Shown here: positions 8,349 through 16,705 of the stretch, one piece after another
Layout of the letters: every line of letters starts with the position of its first letter
Position numbering within the stretch: the first letter of the stretch is position 1
Assembly (NCBI GenBank): GCA_937873455.1
Contig: CALMYG010000034.1
Location: 25,405 to 89,404, forward strand
Reading direction: 5' to 3'
DNA length: 64,000 nt
Origin: an uncultured Verrucomicrobiota bacterium
GTDB lineage: Bacteria; Verrucomicrobiota; Kiritimatiellia; CAIVKH01
Program-made: the position numbers and the translations under genes
The notes under the pieces: generated by a model
What the model saw: only the letters and a program-made list of their open reading frames with translations
What the model was told of the DNA's origin: nothing
The model's database searches: none

Positions 8349-8642
8349 ATGAACACGACGACAGCAGCCATGAAGACCGTTGAGCGCGAAATGAAAATAC
8401 GGAACAAGTTCGGGATTCACGCCCGTCCCGCCGCGCTTTTTGTCAAAACGGTCAGCCAATTCCTCAGCGATATCCAGGTCGAGAAAGACGGGAACATCGC
8501 CTCCGGCAAAAGCATCATGGGCCTGCTCACCCTCGAAGGCTACTGCGACTCCACGCTCAAGGTCACCGCCTCCGGACCGGATGCCGATGAAGCCCTGAAC
8601 GCCCTCCAGGAGCTGGTGGACAACAAATTTTACGAGGACTGA
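8349..8642 (+). CDS. ptsH: Phosphocarrier protein HPr
   Basis: His-15 region NKFGIHARPAA. Ser-46 region ASGKSIMGLLTL. An alternative start is at 8370. Confidence 0.9.
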   Translation: MNTTTAAMKTVEREMKIRNKFGIHARPAALFVKTVSQFLSDIQVEKDGNIASGKSIMGLLTLEGYCDSTLKVTASGPDADEALNALQELVDNKFYED

Positions 8643-8659
8643 CGCGCCACCGGATCATC

Positions 8660-10432
8660 ATGGAAGCCACCAACCATAAAGAGGTCATGCTCAAAGGCAT
8701 CGGCGTCTCGTCGGGCGTGGCCACCGGCCCGGTATTCCTGCTGACCACCGAAGAGGAACGGTTCGTCGAACGCGACATCGGCGACGACGAAATTGCCCGG
8801 GAAATCGCCCGGTTCGAAGAAGCGCTCATCGCCACCCGCCACCAGATTCACGAAATCCAGAAACAAGTCGAAGACGCCCTCGGACCGGAAAGCGCCAGCA
8901 TTTTCGACGCCCATCTGCTCGTCGTGGATGATCGCGCCCTCGTCGAGGAAGTCATTCGCGGCCTCAAGCAGCAAAAGAAAAACGTCGAGTCCGTCCTGCG
9001 CGTGGTCGCGGAACGGTACGCCGCCGCCCTGCTCCGGGTCGAAGACGACTACTTGCGCGAACGCGCGGTCGACGTGAAAGACGTCACCCGCCGGATTCTT
9101 CGTAACCTGTCCGGCTCCAGCAGCACCTCGCTGGCCCACCTGACCGTACCGCACATCCTCGTCGCCAACGATCTCGCGCCTTCGGAAGCGGCCATTCTCG
9201 ACAAAACCAAAGTCCTCGGCTTCGCCACCGACCTCGGGAGTCCGACCTCCCACACCGCAATCATGGCCCGCGCCCTGGGCATCCCCGCCGTCGTCGGCAT
9301 GCACGACATCAGCGTCCGCGTTTCCGCGGGCGAACAGTTGCTGATCGACGGCAACACCGGCGTGGTGTTGATCCACCCCTCCCGCGAACAGCTCGAGCGC
9401 TACGGCAAGGTCCAGGCCTCCCGCAAACAGATCCTTTCCGAGCTCGAACGCCTCAAGGACGAAGCCGCCGAAACCTGCGACGGCTACACCGTCGCCCTGT
9501 CCTGCAACATCGAGTTGCCCACGGATGTCGAAAGCGTGAAACGCCAGGGAGGCAGCGGCGTGGGACTGTTTCGCACCGAATACCTGTACCTCGCCCAAAA
9601 AGGACTCCCGGGCGAAGACGAGCAGGCCGAGATTTACAACAAGGTCGCAGCCGAACTGGCGCCGGACCCGGTGGTGATCCGCACCCTCGACCTGGGCGGC
9701 GACAAGTTTTTATCGCAAATTAAAACACCGGCGGAAATCAACCCCTTCATGGGCTGGCGGGCCATCCGGTTTTGCCTCGCCCAACCGGAAATTTTCAAAA
9801 CCCAGCTCCGGGCCATGCTGCGCGCCAGCGTCCACGAAAACGTCAAAATCATGTATCCCATGATTAGCAACCTCGATGAGGTGCTCAAAGCCAACGAGCT
9901 ACTGGAGGGTTGCAAGAACGAGTTGCGGGCCGCCGGCATCCCCTTCAACGAAAACGTCGATGTCGGCGTCATGATCGAAGTGCCCTCCGCCGCGCTCACC
10001 GCCCACCTGATCGCGCCCCACGTCAGCTTTTTCAGCCTCGGCACCAACGACCTGGTGCAGTACACCCTCGCCGTGGACCGGGTCAACGAACGCATCGCCT
10101 ACCTCTACGAACCCACCCACCCGGCCATCCTGCGCCTGATTAAAAACACCATCGACGTCGGCCATGAACACGGCATTTGGACCGGCATCTGTGGAGAAAT
10201 GGCCGGCAATCCCCTGCTGGTGCCCCTCCTGGTCGGCATGGGCGCCGACGAGCTGAGCGTCAGTCCCAGCGCGATTCCGGTGGTCAAGGACGTCATTCGT
10301 AAACTGCGCTACTCCCAGGCCGAAGAACTGGCCGAAGCCGCCATGGGATCCACCTCCGGCACCGATGTCATGAACCGCTGCCGGGATCTGGTCCGGGACA
10401 TCGCGCCGGAAATTCTTGAATTAATGGGATAA
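8660..10432 (+). CDS. ptsI: PEP-protein phosphotransferase (PTS enzyme I)
   Basis: GSPTSHTAIMARALGIPAVVG (phospho-His region), GVGLFRTEYLY, FFSLGTNDLVQYTLAVDR. Confidence 0.93.
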   Translation: MEATNHKEVMLKGIGVSSGVATGPVFLLTTEEERFVERDIGDDEIAREIARFEEALIATRHQIHEIQKQVEDALGPESASIFDAHLLVVDDRALVEEVIRGLKQQKKNVESVLRVVAERYAAALLRVEDDYLRERAVDVKDVTRRILRNLSGSSSTSLAHLTVPHILVANDLAPSEAAILDKTKVLGFATDLGSPTSHTAIMARALGIPAVVGMHDISVRVSAGEQLLIDGNTGVVLIHPSREQLERYGKVQASRKQILSELERLKDEAAETCDGYTVALSCNIELPTDVESVKRQGGSGVGLFRTEYLYLAQKGLPGEDEQAEIYNKVAAELAPDPVVIRTLDLGGDKFLSQIKTPAEINPFMGWRAIRFCLAQPEIFKTQLRAMLRASVHENVKIMYPMISNLDEVLKANELLEGCKNELRAAGIPFNENVDVGVMIEVPSAALTAHLIAPHVSFFSLGTNDLVQYTLAVDRVNERIAYLYEPTHPAILRLIKNTIDVGHEHGIWTGICGEMAGNPLLVPLLVGMGADELSVSPSAIPVVKDVIRKLRYSQAEELAEAAMGSTSGTDVMNRCRDLVRDIAPEILELMG

Positions 10433-10474
10433 CTTCCCCATAGTAATGTGTTCTAACCGTATAAGGAGTTCGTT

Positions 10475-11656
10475 ATGTCGATCAGTAATTTTGTGTTCAC
10501 GTCCGAATCGGTCACCGAAGGTCATCCGGACAAATTGTGCGATGGCGTTTCCGATGCCATCCTGGACGCCTTGCTGGCCCAAGACCCCAAAAGCCGGGTC
10601 GCCTGCGAAACGCTGGCCAAGACCGGCATGATTGTCGTCGCCGGGGAAATCACCACCAAGGCCATCGTGAATTACGCGGAAATCGCCCGCAAGAAAGTGG
10701 AAAAAATCGGCTATGTCGGCTCCGATATGGGATTCGACGCCAACACCTGCGCCGTGCTGGTCGCGCTCGACCGCCAATCGCCTGACATCAGCCAGGGCGT
10801 CGACGCCAAAAAGGCTGAAGGCAAAGCCACCGCCGAACAAGGCGCCGGCGATCAGGGCATGATGTTCGGTTACGCCTGCGACGAAACACCTGAACTGATG
10901 CCCTTGCCGATCCAGCTTTCCCATCGCCTCACCCAGGGCCTCACCAACGCCCGCCGCTCCGGCAAACTCCCCTTCCTCCGCCCCGACGGAAAATCCCAGG
11001 TCAGCGTGGTGTACGAGAACAACCGCCCGGTGCGCATTGACACCGTGGTCATTTCCTCCCAGCACGCTCCGGAGATCAGCCACAAGAAATTGAGCCAGGG
11101 CATTATTGATGAAGTCGTCCTGAAAAATGTCCCGGCGAAATTCATCGACAAAAAGACGCGCTTCCTGATCAACCCGACCGGCCGCTTCGTTACCGGCGGG
11201 CCTCAAGGTGACTGCGGCCTGACCGGGCGCAAGATCATCGTGGACACCTACGGCGGCATGGGTCGTCACGGTGGCGGCGCCTTTTCCGGCAAAGACCCCA
11301 GCAAGGTGGACCGCAGCGCGGCCTATATGGCCCGCTACGTCGCCAAGAACATCGTCGCGGCCGGCCTGGCCAAGCGCTGCGAAGTTCAGTTGGCCTATGC
11401 CATCGGCTACCCCGAACCGGTATCCGTATTGGTGGACACCTTCGGAACCGGCAAAGTCGACGAAGTGAAATTGTCCCGGGCCGTCCGCAAGGTGTTCGGC
11501 CTCAAGCCGGCGGAAATCGTCAAGCAACTTGATCTGTTGCGCCCGATTTACGAGCCGACCTCGGCGTACGGGCACTTTGGACGCAAACCCACAGCCGGCG
11601 GACTTTTCCCCTGGGAAAAAACCGACCGCGCCGACGCCCTCAAGAGCGCGGTATAA
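10475..11656 (+). CDS. metK: S-adenosylmethionine synthetase
   Basis: [47 protein letters not shown]. Confidence 0.95.
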   Translation: MSISNFVFTSESVTEGHPDKLCDGVSDAILDALLAQDPKSRVACETLAKTGMIVVAGEITTKAIVNYAEIARKKVEKIGYVGSDMGFDANTCAVLVALDRQSPDISQGVDAKKAEGKATAEQGAGDQGMMFGYACDETPELMPLPIQLSHRLTQGLTNARRSGKLPFLRPDGKSQVSVVYENNRPVRIDTVVISSQHAPEISHKKLSQGIIDEVVLKNVPAKFIDKKTRFLINPTGRFVTGGPQGDCGLTGRKIIVDTYGGMGRHGGGAFSGKDPSKVDRSAAYMARYVAKNIVAAGLAKRCEVQLAYAIGYPEPVSVLVDTFGTGKVDEVKLSRAVRKVFGLKPAEIVKQLDLLRPIYEPTSAYGHFGRKPTAGGLFPWEKTDRADALKSAV

Positions 11657-11677
11657 CGGCTCCCGGGCCGTAAACGG

Positions 11678-11707
11678 AAAGGCGGTGGCAACACCGCCTT
11701 TTTTTAT
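11678..11707 (+). terminator. Rho-independent terminator after metK
   Basis: Stem aaaggcggtg, loop gcaa, stem caccgccttt, followed by a T-run (11701-11706). Confidence 0.75.
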
Positions 11708-11710
11708 AAT

Positions 11711-11833
11711 GACGCCCCGCCGGCGGATTCTCGCATGGCTCACGCACCACATAACCAGCCCCTTCATTGCATGAACCGCCTTCACGGGTTCGGCGCCACG
11801 AAACCGTCAGCGAATCAGGGATGCACCGCCAAA
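11711..11833. repeat. Intergenic repeat, copy B (see 4164..4286)
   Basis: Same about 123-bp sequence family as copy A, in the same orientation. Lies about 115 nt upstream of gcvH. Confidence 0.8.
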
Positions 11834-11946
11834 AATTCGGGCCTGCAATCAAAGCTTGACGCGGCGATGGGAATGGTAAAAAAGAACACCTGAAATCGAA
11901 ACCCGGCGAATGAACACCGGGATCAGCCACGGTTAAAGAGCATGTT

Positions 11947-12333
11947 ATGGATACACCGCGCAACTTGAAATACACCGACTCCCACGAATGGGTCCGCGTG
12001 GAAGGAAAAAACATCGTCGTCGGCATCACCGACTTCGCCCAAGATCAACTATCCGACCTGACCTACGTGGAATTGCCCACCGTCGGTGATTCCTTTTCCG
12101 GCCAGGAAGAAGCGGCGGTCGTCGAATCGGTCAAAGCCGCCTCGGACGTATACGCCCCGGTCAGCGGCACCATTACCGCGGTGAATCAAAAGTTGATGGA
12201 CCACCCGGAACTGGTCAACACCGACCCCTACGGCGACGGCTGGCTGTTCAAAATGACGCCGGACGACTCCAGCGAACTGGAAGGCCTCATGGACGCCGAC
12301 CAGTACGACCAGTCCATGCCGGACGAAGAATAA
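11947..12333 (+). CDS. gcvH: Glycine cleavage system H protein / lipoyl carrier
   Basis: YTDSHEWV, lipoyl-lysine motif [18 protein letters not shown]. Confidence 0.92.
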   Translation: MDTPRNLKYTDSHEWVRVEGKNIVVGITDFAQDQLSDLTYVELPTVGDSFSGQEEAAVVESVKAASDVYAPVSGTITAVNQKLMDHPELVNTDPYGDGWLFKMTPDDSSELEGLMDADQYDQSMPDEE

Positions 12334-12344
12334 TCGCTCCGCCG

Positions 12345-13037
12345 ATGGCCTGCGCCATCTTTTTCCGGGATCCCGTTCCCTATGCGGAAGGGCTTCGTAT
12401 TCAGGAGGCGCTCCACGAGGCCCGCCGCAACGACCGGATTCCCGACACCGTACTGCTGCTGCAGCACCGCCCGGTCATCACGCTGGGCCGGCGCGGCCGC
12501 ACCCAGCATTTGCTTGCCCGCGAAAGTGAATTAAACCGGCGCGGCATCGACTTGTTTGAAGCATCCCGTGGCGGCGACGTTACCTATCACGGCCCGGGCC
12601 AGGTCGTCATGTATCCGATCATTCGCCTGGGGCGTGGCGGCTCGGACTCCCACCGCTACCTGAACCAACTCGAAGAGATCGCCATACGCGTCTGCGCCGG
12701 GTACGGGGTTGAAGCGTGGCGTCGCGAAGGCAAGTCCGGCGCCTGGACGGCGCAAGGCAAGATCGCGGCCATCGGGTTCAAACTTCAGCGCTGGGTTACC
12801 TTGCACGGCATGAGCTTTAACGTTGAACAGGAATTGGCCGGTTTCAACCTCATCGTCCCCTGTGGACTCGCCGGGGAACCCATCGCCTCCCTGCGTGGCC
12901 TGCTGGGTGCGGCTGGACCTTCACCGGACGATGTCGCGCGCGCCATGGCCCGCCAGTTCGAGGCGGTTCGCTCCGTCACCCTGGAAGCCTACACCTACGA
13001 AGAATCGCTCCCCGACACCCTACGGGACATTCTATAG
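12345..13037 (+). CDS. lipB: Octanoyltransferase (lipoyl(octanoyl) transferase)
   Basis: LLLQHRPVITLG, RGGDVTYHGPGQ, KIAAIGFKL..WVTLHG. Confidence 0.88.
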   Translation: MACAIFFRDPVPYAEGLRIQEALHEARRNDRIPDTVLLLQHRPVITLGRRGRTQHLLARESELNRRGIDLFEASRGGDVTYHGPGQVVMYPIIRLGRGGSDSHRYLNQLEEIAIRVCAGYGVEAWRREGKSGAWTAQGKIAAIGFKLQRWVTLHGMSFNVEQELAGFNLIVPCGLAGEPIASLRGLLGAAGPSPDDVARAMARQFEAVRSVTLEAYTYEESLPDTLRDIL

Positions 13038-13114
13038 GGTCACGCGACATCGAGTTTGAGTAAACTTGACCCTGCACTCACACAAGTGTGCTTTAAGTGC
13101 ATGGAGATGTGTTT

Positions 13115-13351
13115 ATGGCCGTAAAAACCATTACCATTGACATGGCCGCTTATGATCTTTTGAGCAGCCAAAAGAGCCCGAACGAGTCGTTCAGTAAATT
13201 CATTCACCGTCGGCTTGCTCCGGAGAAAACCGCAAAAGGATTGCTAAAAGTCCTTCCAGAGTTGGCACTTGACCCGGACACGCTGGGCAAAATGGAAGCT
13301 ATTGTGATGTCCAGAAAAAGCAGCATGGCGGAATCCCTGGAGCTTCATTAG
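13115..13351 (+). CDS. VapB-type antitoxin (DUF217/PF02697-like)
   Basis: MAVKTITIDMAAYDLLSSQKSPNESFSKFIHRRL matches the KTITI..e.Y..L...K...ESFS..I pattern. GGAGA lies 7 nt upstream of the ATG at 13115. Confidence 0.65.
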   Translation: MAVKTITIDMAAYDLLSSQKSPNESFSKFIHRRLAPEKTAKGLLKVLPELALDPDTLGKMEAIVMSRKSSMAESLELH

Positions 13352-13360
13352 GAGGCTTGA

Positions 13361-13762
13361 TTTCATGTTCTTGGAGACCGGTTTTGTATCGACTTGTTAA
13401 GGGAAGCGAGAACAGGTCGCGGACCGGCAACGGAGTGCCTGAAGCGACAAGAAAACACGATCTTATCCATTTCGGTGTTTGTCGCATGCGAGCTTCATGC
13501 CGGCGCACGACTTTCCGCATCGCCCGACTAGCAATTGCGGATCGTGGAATAATTTCTGGAGCAACTTGAGATCGTCTATCCCGACGAAAAATTCCCGATC
13601 GCCTACGGCGAGTCCCAGACCGCGTTACGGCAGAAGGGCGTCCCCATCCCCACCATGGATCTCCTGATCGGGGTTTTGGCAAAAATGCACGGGCAAATCC
13701 TGGTCACCCGCGACGCGGAACACTTTTCCCGCATACCCGGATTGATCGTGGAGACGTATTGA
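13361..13762 (+). pseudogene. Degenerate PIN-domain toxin (vapC-like)
   Basis: A single frame reads ...LGDRFCIDLLRG...ILSISVFVACELHAGARLSASPD*QLRIVE*FLEQLEIVYPDEKFPIAYGESQTALRQKGVPIPTMDLLIGVLAKMHGQILVTRDAEHFSRIPGLIVETY*. In-frame TAG at 13529 and TAA at 13550. There is no start codon after the TGA at 13358. Confidence 0.65.
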
Positions 13763-13786
13763 GCAACGATGGAGCATTTCGGATGG

Positions 13787-13806
13787 GTTAACGAGGGTGT
13801 TAACGG
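13787..13806. repeat. Double-GTTAAC motif (GTTAACGAGGGTGTTAAC), related to the core of the 43916/44928 repeats
   Basis: gttaacgagggtgttaacgg lies 25 nt after the vapC-pseudogene stop. Compare gttaacgagggggttaacgag in both long repeats. Confidence 0.5.
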
Positions 13807-13841
13807 CGGAGGCAGGCCGATAGACACTCCAGCCAACCGGG

Positions 13842-15059
13842 CTATTTCGCCCGGGCGTTCAGATCCGACGTGTTCACCATGCCACGGATGACCCGCTCCA
13901 TCTGGATCAGGTGCGGGCGAAGATGATTGAAAAACATGCGGTATCCCCGGCATAGGTAGTTCAATCCGGGCTCGCCATCGGGAGTTTTTGTAAACCTGTG
14001 CTTGGGACATTCCCCGCGGCACAAGTCCAGCACTTCGCATTCAAGGCAATAGCGCGGCAACGTGTCGCGTTTCGCGTTTCCAAAACGAATCTGTTCGGGC
14101 GATGCCACCATATCGCCCAACGCATGGTGCATCAGGTTCCCAAGGCGGTATTCCGGATACACATAATGGTCGCAGGAATACACATCCCCGTTGTGTTCAA
14201 GCGCAAGGGCCCGGCCACAGGTCTCGGAAAAAACACACATCCCGGAACCCAATCCCATGTGGTTGGCCAGCGCCACATCGATCAATTGGACAAAAATCCT
14301 GCCGACATCCCTCCGGCGCCACTGCTCGAAGACCGCCACCAGAAACTTCCCGTAGGTTTCGGGCTCCACGGAGAAATCGCTGACTTCGACATCCGCTTCG
14401 GCCTGGGCGGGAAACGGAGGCGGATGAAAATGCAATCCGGAGGAGGCTTGTACCGGCCCGGGTTTCCGCTCCACCAGGGGAATGAATTGCAGGAAGGTCG
14501 AGCCGATCGAGGTGAGAAAGGAATAAACGTCTTCGGGATGTCCGCTGTTGGCCCGATGCACCACGGTCAAGGTGTTGAACGATACGCCATGCTTCTTGAG
14601 AAAACCGAGCCCCCGCATAACGTCATCAAACGTGGCGCGGCCGCGTTTGTCGCGGCGATACACATCGTGCAAGGCGCGCGGTCCATCCACACTGATTCCC
14701 ACCAGCATGTTGTGCCGGGCAAAGAATTCGCACCATGTGTCGTCCAGCAAGGTTCCGTTCGTCTGGATCGCATTGAATACAGAACGACCTCCCGCGTAGC
14801 GTTGCTGCAGCGTCAGGGCGCTCTGGAAGAAATCAAGACCCATCAGCGTCGGCTCACCGCCTTGCCAGGCAAAATGCACGTCTCCCTCCGGATGGTTTTC
14901 GATGTAACTTCTGATGTAGGTCTCCAGTACGTCGGGCGTCATGCGCATGGACCCCGAGGCCGGATACATCGACTCCTTTTCCAGATAATAACAATAGCGG
15001 CAATCCAGGTTGCAGACCGCCCCCACCGGCTTGGCCATGACATGGAAGGGCGTCTTCAT
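13842..15059 (-). CDS. Anaerobic sulfatase-maturating enzyme (radical SAM/SPASM)
   Basis: CNLDCRYCYY radical-SAM cluster plus C-terminal Cys clusters (CVFSETCG...SCDHY, YCLECEVLDLCRGECPK). The ORF is open to 15263, but the first 68 aa are low-complexity, so the start was taken at MKTPFHV. Confidence 0.88.
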   Translation of the reverse strand: MKTPFHVMAKPVGAVCNLDCRYCYYLEKESMYPASGSMRMTPDVLETYIRSYIENHPEGDVHFAWQGGEPTLMGLDFFQSALTLQQRYAGGRSVFNAIQTNGTLLDDTWCEFFARHNMLVGISVDGPRALHDVYRRDKRGRATFDDVMRGLGFLKKHGVSFNTLTVVHRANSGHPEDVYSFLTSIGSTFLQFIPLVERKPGPVQASSGLHFHPPPFPAQAEADVEVSDFSVEPETYGKFLVAVFEQWRRRDVGRIFVQLIDVALANHMGLGSGMCVFSETCGRALALEHNGDVYSCDHYVYPEYRLGNLMHHALGDMVASPEQIRFGNAKRDTLPRYCLECEVLDLCRGECPKHRFTKTPDGEPGLNYLCRGYRMFFNHLRPHLIQMERVIRGMVNTSDLNARAK

Positions 15060-15259
15060 GATGCCGGGCAGGTGCGGTGTGGTCCGGTCATACGGCGCTT
15101 CCTGAATACGCCCATGGCGTAACGCAGAAGCCCCACCATCGGGGTGAGGGTGCACACCCGCGGGATGTTGCCGGTTCCGGCGATCGGCGCGAGCGCGGAG
15201 ATCGGCTTTCCATGCTTTCGCACTGTCTGCCGGCAAACTATCGGATGGCGGGAGGGCGG

Positions 15260-16540
15260 TCATGAAGGCGGTCGAACACAGCCGTCAAATTCGCTCACCG
15301 CGGGCCGACCCTCCAGCCAGGCCATCAGGTTCAACACGAGAAAATTCCAGTTTTGAAATCCGATATTCAACACTGGCTCGCCGTTTTCCGGTTGATAATA
15401 TTCATGCATGGCCCCGCTCCTTTCCACGTCGCGAACGAGCAGGCGCACCGTCTTTTCGGCCAAATCCCGCGCGTCGTCGCGAAAACCGTAAGCGTCCAGC
15501 CCGCGATGCACCATATAATTCGAGATCACCCAGATCGGCCCGCGCCAGCAGGATGGATTGCCGGTGGCGCGGATGGCATACATTTTTTCCATTTTGGACA
15601 GGGTGCGCACGCCAAAGGGTGCGTGAAAGGTGGCGGGGTTGCGGTAGTGTTCCGCGACCATGCGGCCGGCCTGTTCGCGTGTCGCGACGCCCGCCCACAT
15701 CGCGAGAAAACCGGACCACACGCCGATGCGCTGGATCAAGCCGGGCCACGAGCGCGGCTCCCCGCTATGCAGAGCCCAACGCCCGACCGGATTGGGAAGC
15801 AGGTTCACGTCCACGCTGTAGAAGAATCCGTCGCGTTCATCCCAGCAATGCTCCTGGATCGCCGCGATCAGATGCTCGGCATCGCGCCGGTATTCGGCGG
15901 CGCAATCGTCCAATCCCGCCAGATCAAGCAGATAGACGAGCGCCTGAAGCTCCCGGACCATGAGGCAATTTAAATAAATGGAAGCACTGCTGCGCGGAGG
16001 ACGGCTCATCGTGCAGGGGTCGTCGTCCACTCCGATGCCGGTGTCGTTCTGCCAGAAATACAGGCCGCAGGGATGGCGGTGATGGTTGCGGTAGTTGTTG
16101 ACGAAATACTGGAGGTACATGAGATCTTCGCGCAACCATCCGATGTCGCCCCCGTCCTGCCGAACGAGAAACGCCGCGTGCTGGGCCAGGCAGGGTTTGT
16201 GCATATTGTCGGCGTAGATGTCGGCGGGAACGTCCCCGCCCCCGCGCGTCATGATCACCGGCACCCAGCCGCGGGCATTGGTTTTCCGGGCCACGGAGAG
16301 CCAGTTGAGGATGCACCCGCGTTCATAGATCCGCGCCTTGTCCAGCGCGGCGCCATCTCCCGCCTCAAGAAAATACTGGCGGAGCGCGATATTGAACAAC
16401 CAACTGTCCCAGTCCCACAATTGATCAGCATACTGGTGGCTGCCCGGAGTGAAAAAAGGATAAGGAATGCCCCCGCCCGCCTCGCGGAAGGTGTCGGTGA
16501 TATTCCGGGATATATAGTCCTTCAACAAGGCGGTGTTCAT
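15260..16540 (-). CDS. (alpha/alpha)6-barrel glycoside hydrolase, GH63/GH37-like (MGH1/trehalase-like)
   Basis: LWDWDSWLFN, NPSCWRGPIWVISNY, MHEYYQPENGEP patterns. No signal peptide. The start at 16540 has a GGAG 8 nt upstream (alternative 16549). Confidence 0.6.
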   Translation of the reverse strand: MNTALLKDYISRNITDTFREAGGGIPYPFFTPGSHQYADQLWDWDSWLFNIALRQYFLEAGDGAALDKARIYERGCILNWLSVARKTNARGWVPVIMTRGGGDVPADIYADNMHKPCLAQHAAFLVRQDGGDIGWLREDLMYLQYFVNNYRNHHRHPCGLYFWQNDTGIGVDDDPCTMSRPPRSSASIYLNCLMVRELQALVYLLDLAGLDDCAAEYRRDAEHLIAAIQEHCWDERDGFFYSVDVNLLPNPVGRWALHSGEPRSWPGLIQRIGVWSGFLAMWAGVATREQAGRMVAEHYRNPATFHAPFGVRTLSKMEKMYAIRATGNPSCWRGPIWVISNYMVHRGLDAYGFRDDARDLAEKTVRLLVRDVERSGAMHEYYQPENGEPVLNIGFQNWNFLVLNLMAWLEGRPAVSEFDGCVRPPS

Positions 16541-16634
16541 GGGCGGCATCTCCGATGATTTCTCGTTTAGGTGATAGCATCAAGGCAATGGCCACCGGGC
16601 GGCAATCAATATTTCTTTCATGAATGTGCAAAAA

Positions 16635-16673
16635 GCGTATTCTGCGCAGTTTGGGAAAAAATGCGTATTCTGC
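16635..16673. promoter_or_regulatory. Direct repeat GCGTATTCTGC x2 (28-bp period) in a divergent promoter region
   Basis: aaaaaGCGTATTCTGCgc (16635-16645) and aaaaatGCGTATTCTGCcc (16663-16673), between the GH63-like gene (-) and the sulfatase (+). Confidence 0.35.
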
Positions 16674-16705
16674 CCGCCCGGCGCCCGTGCTATGTTTTCC
16701 CCGAG

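Noticed and set aside
11708-11946. A glycine riboswitch upstream of gcvH, and a SAM riboswitch upstream of metK (10433-10474)
   Set aside because: I could not find the conserved glycine-aptamer core (GGAGAG...CACCG...GGGCAA-type elements) in the gcvH leader. The metK leader is only 42 nt, too short for a SAM aptamer.
13529-13552. In-frame TAG/TAA in the vapC-like frame as programmed recoding (readthrough, Pyl or Sec)
   Set aside because: There are two different stop codons 21 nt apart plus a missing start codon. There is no recoding signal or machinery in the window. Simple gene decay, or sequencing error, is the more economical explanation.
15060-15263. The 68-aa N-terminal extension of the anSME ORF. 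The same question applies to 4222-4377 for kdsA, 5596-5712 for lptC, 7342-7398 for hprK and 16571-16705 for the sulfatase.
   Set aside because: The extensions are low-complexity and Arg/Pro-rich. They are absent from the homologues I know, and the internal ATG aligns with the conserved N-terminus, so I used the shorter gene models.
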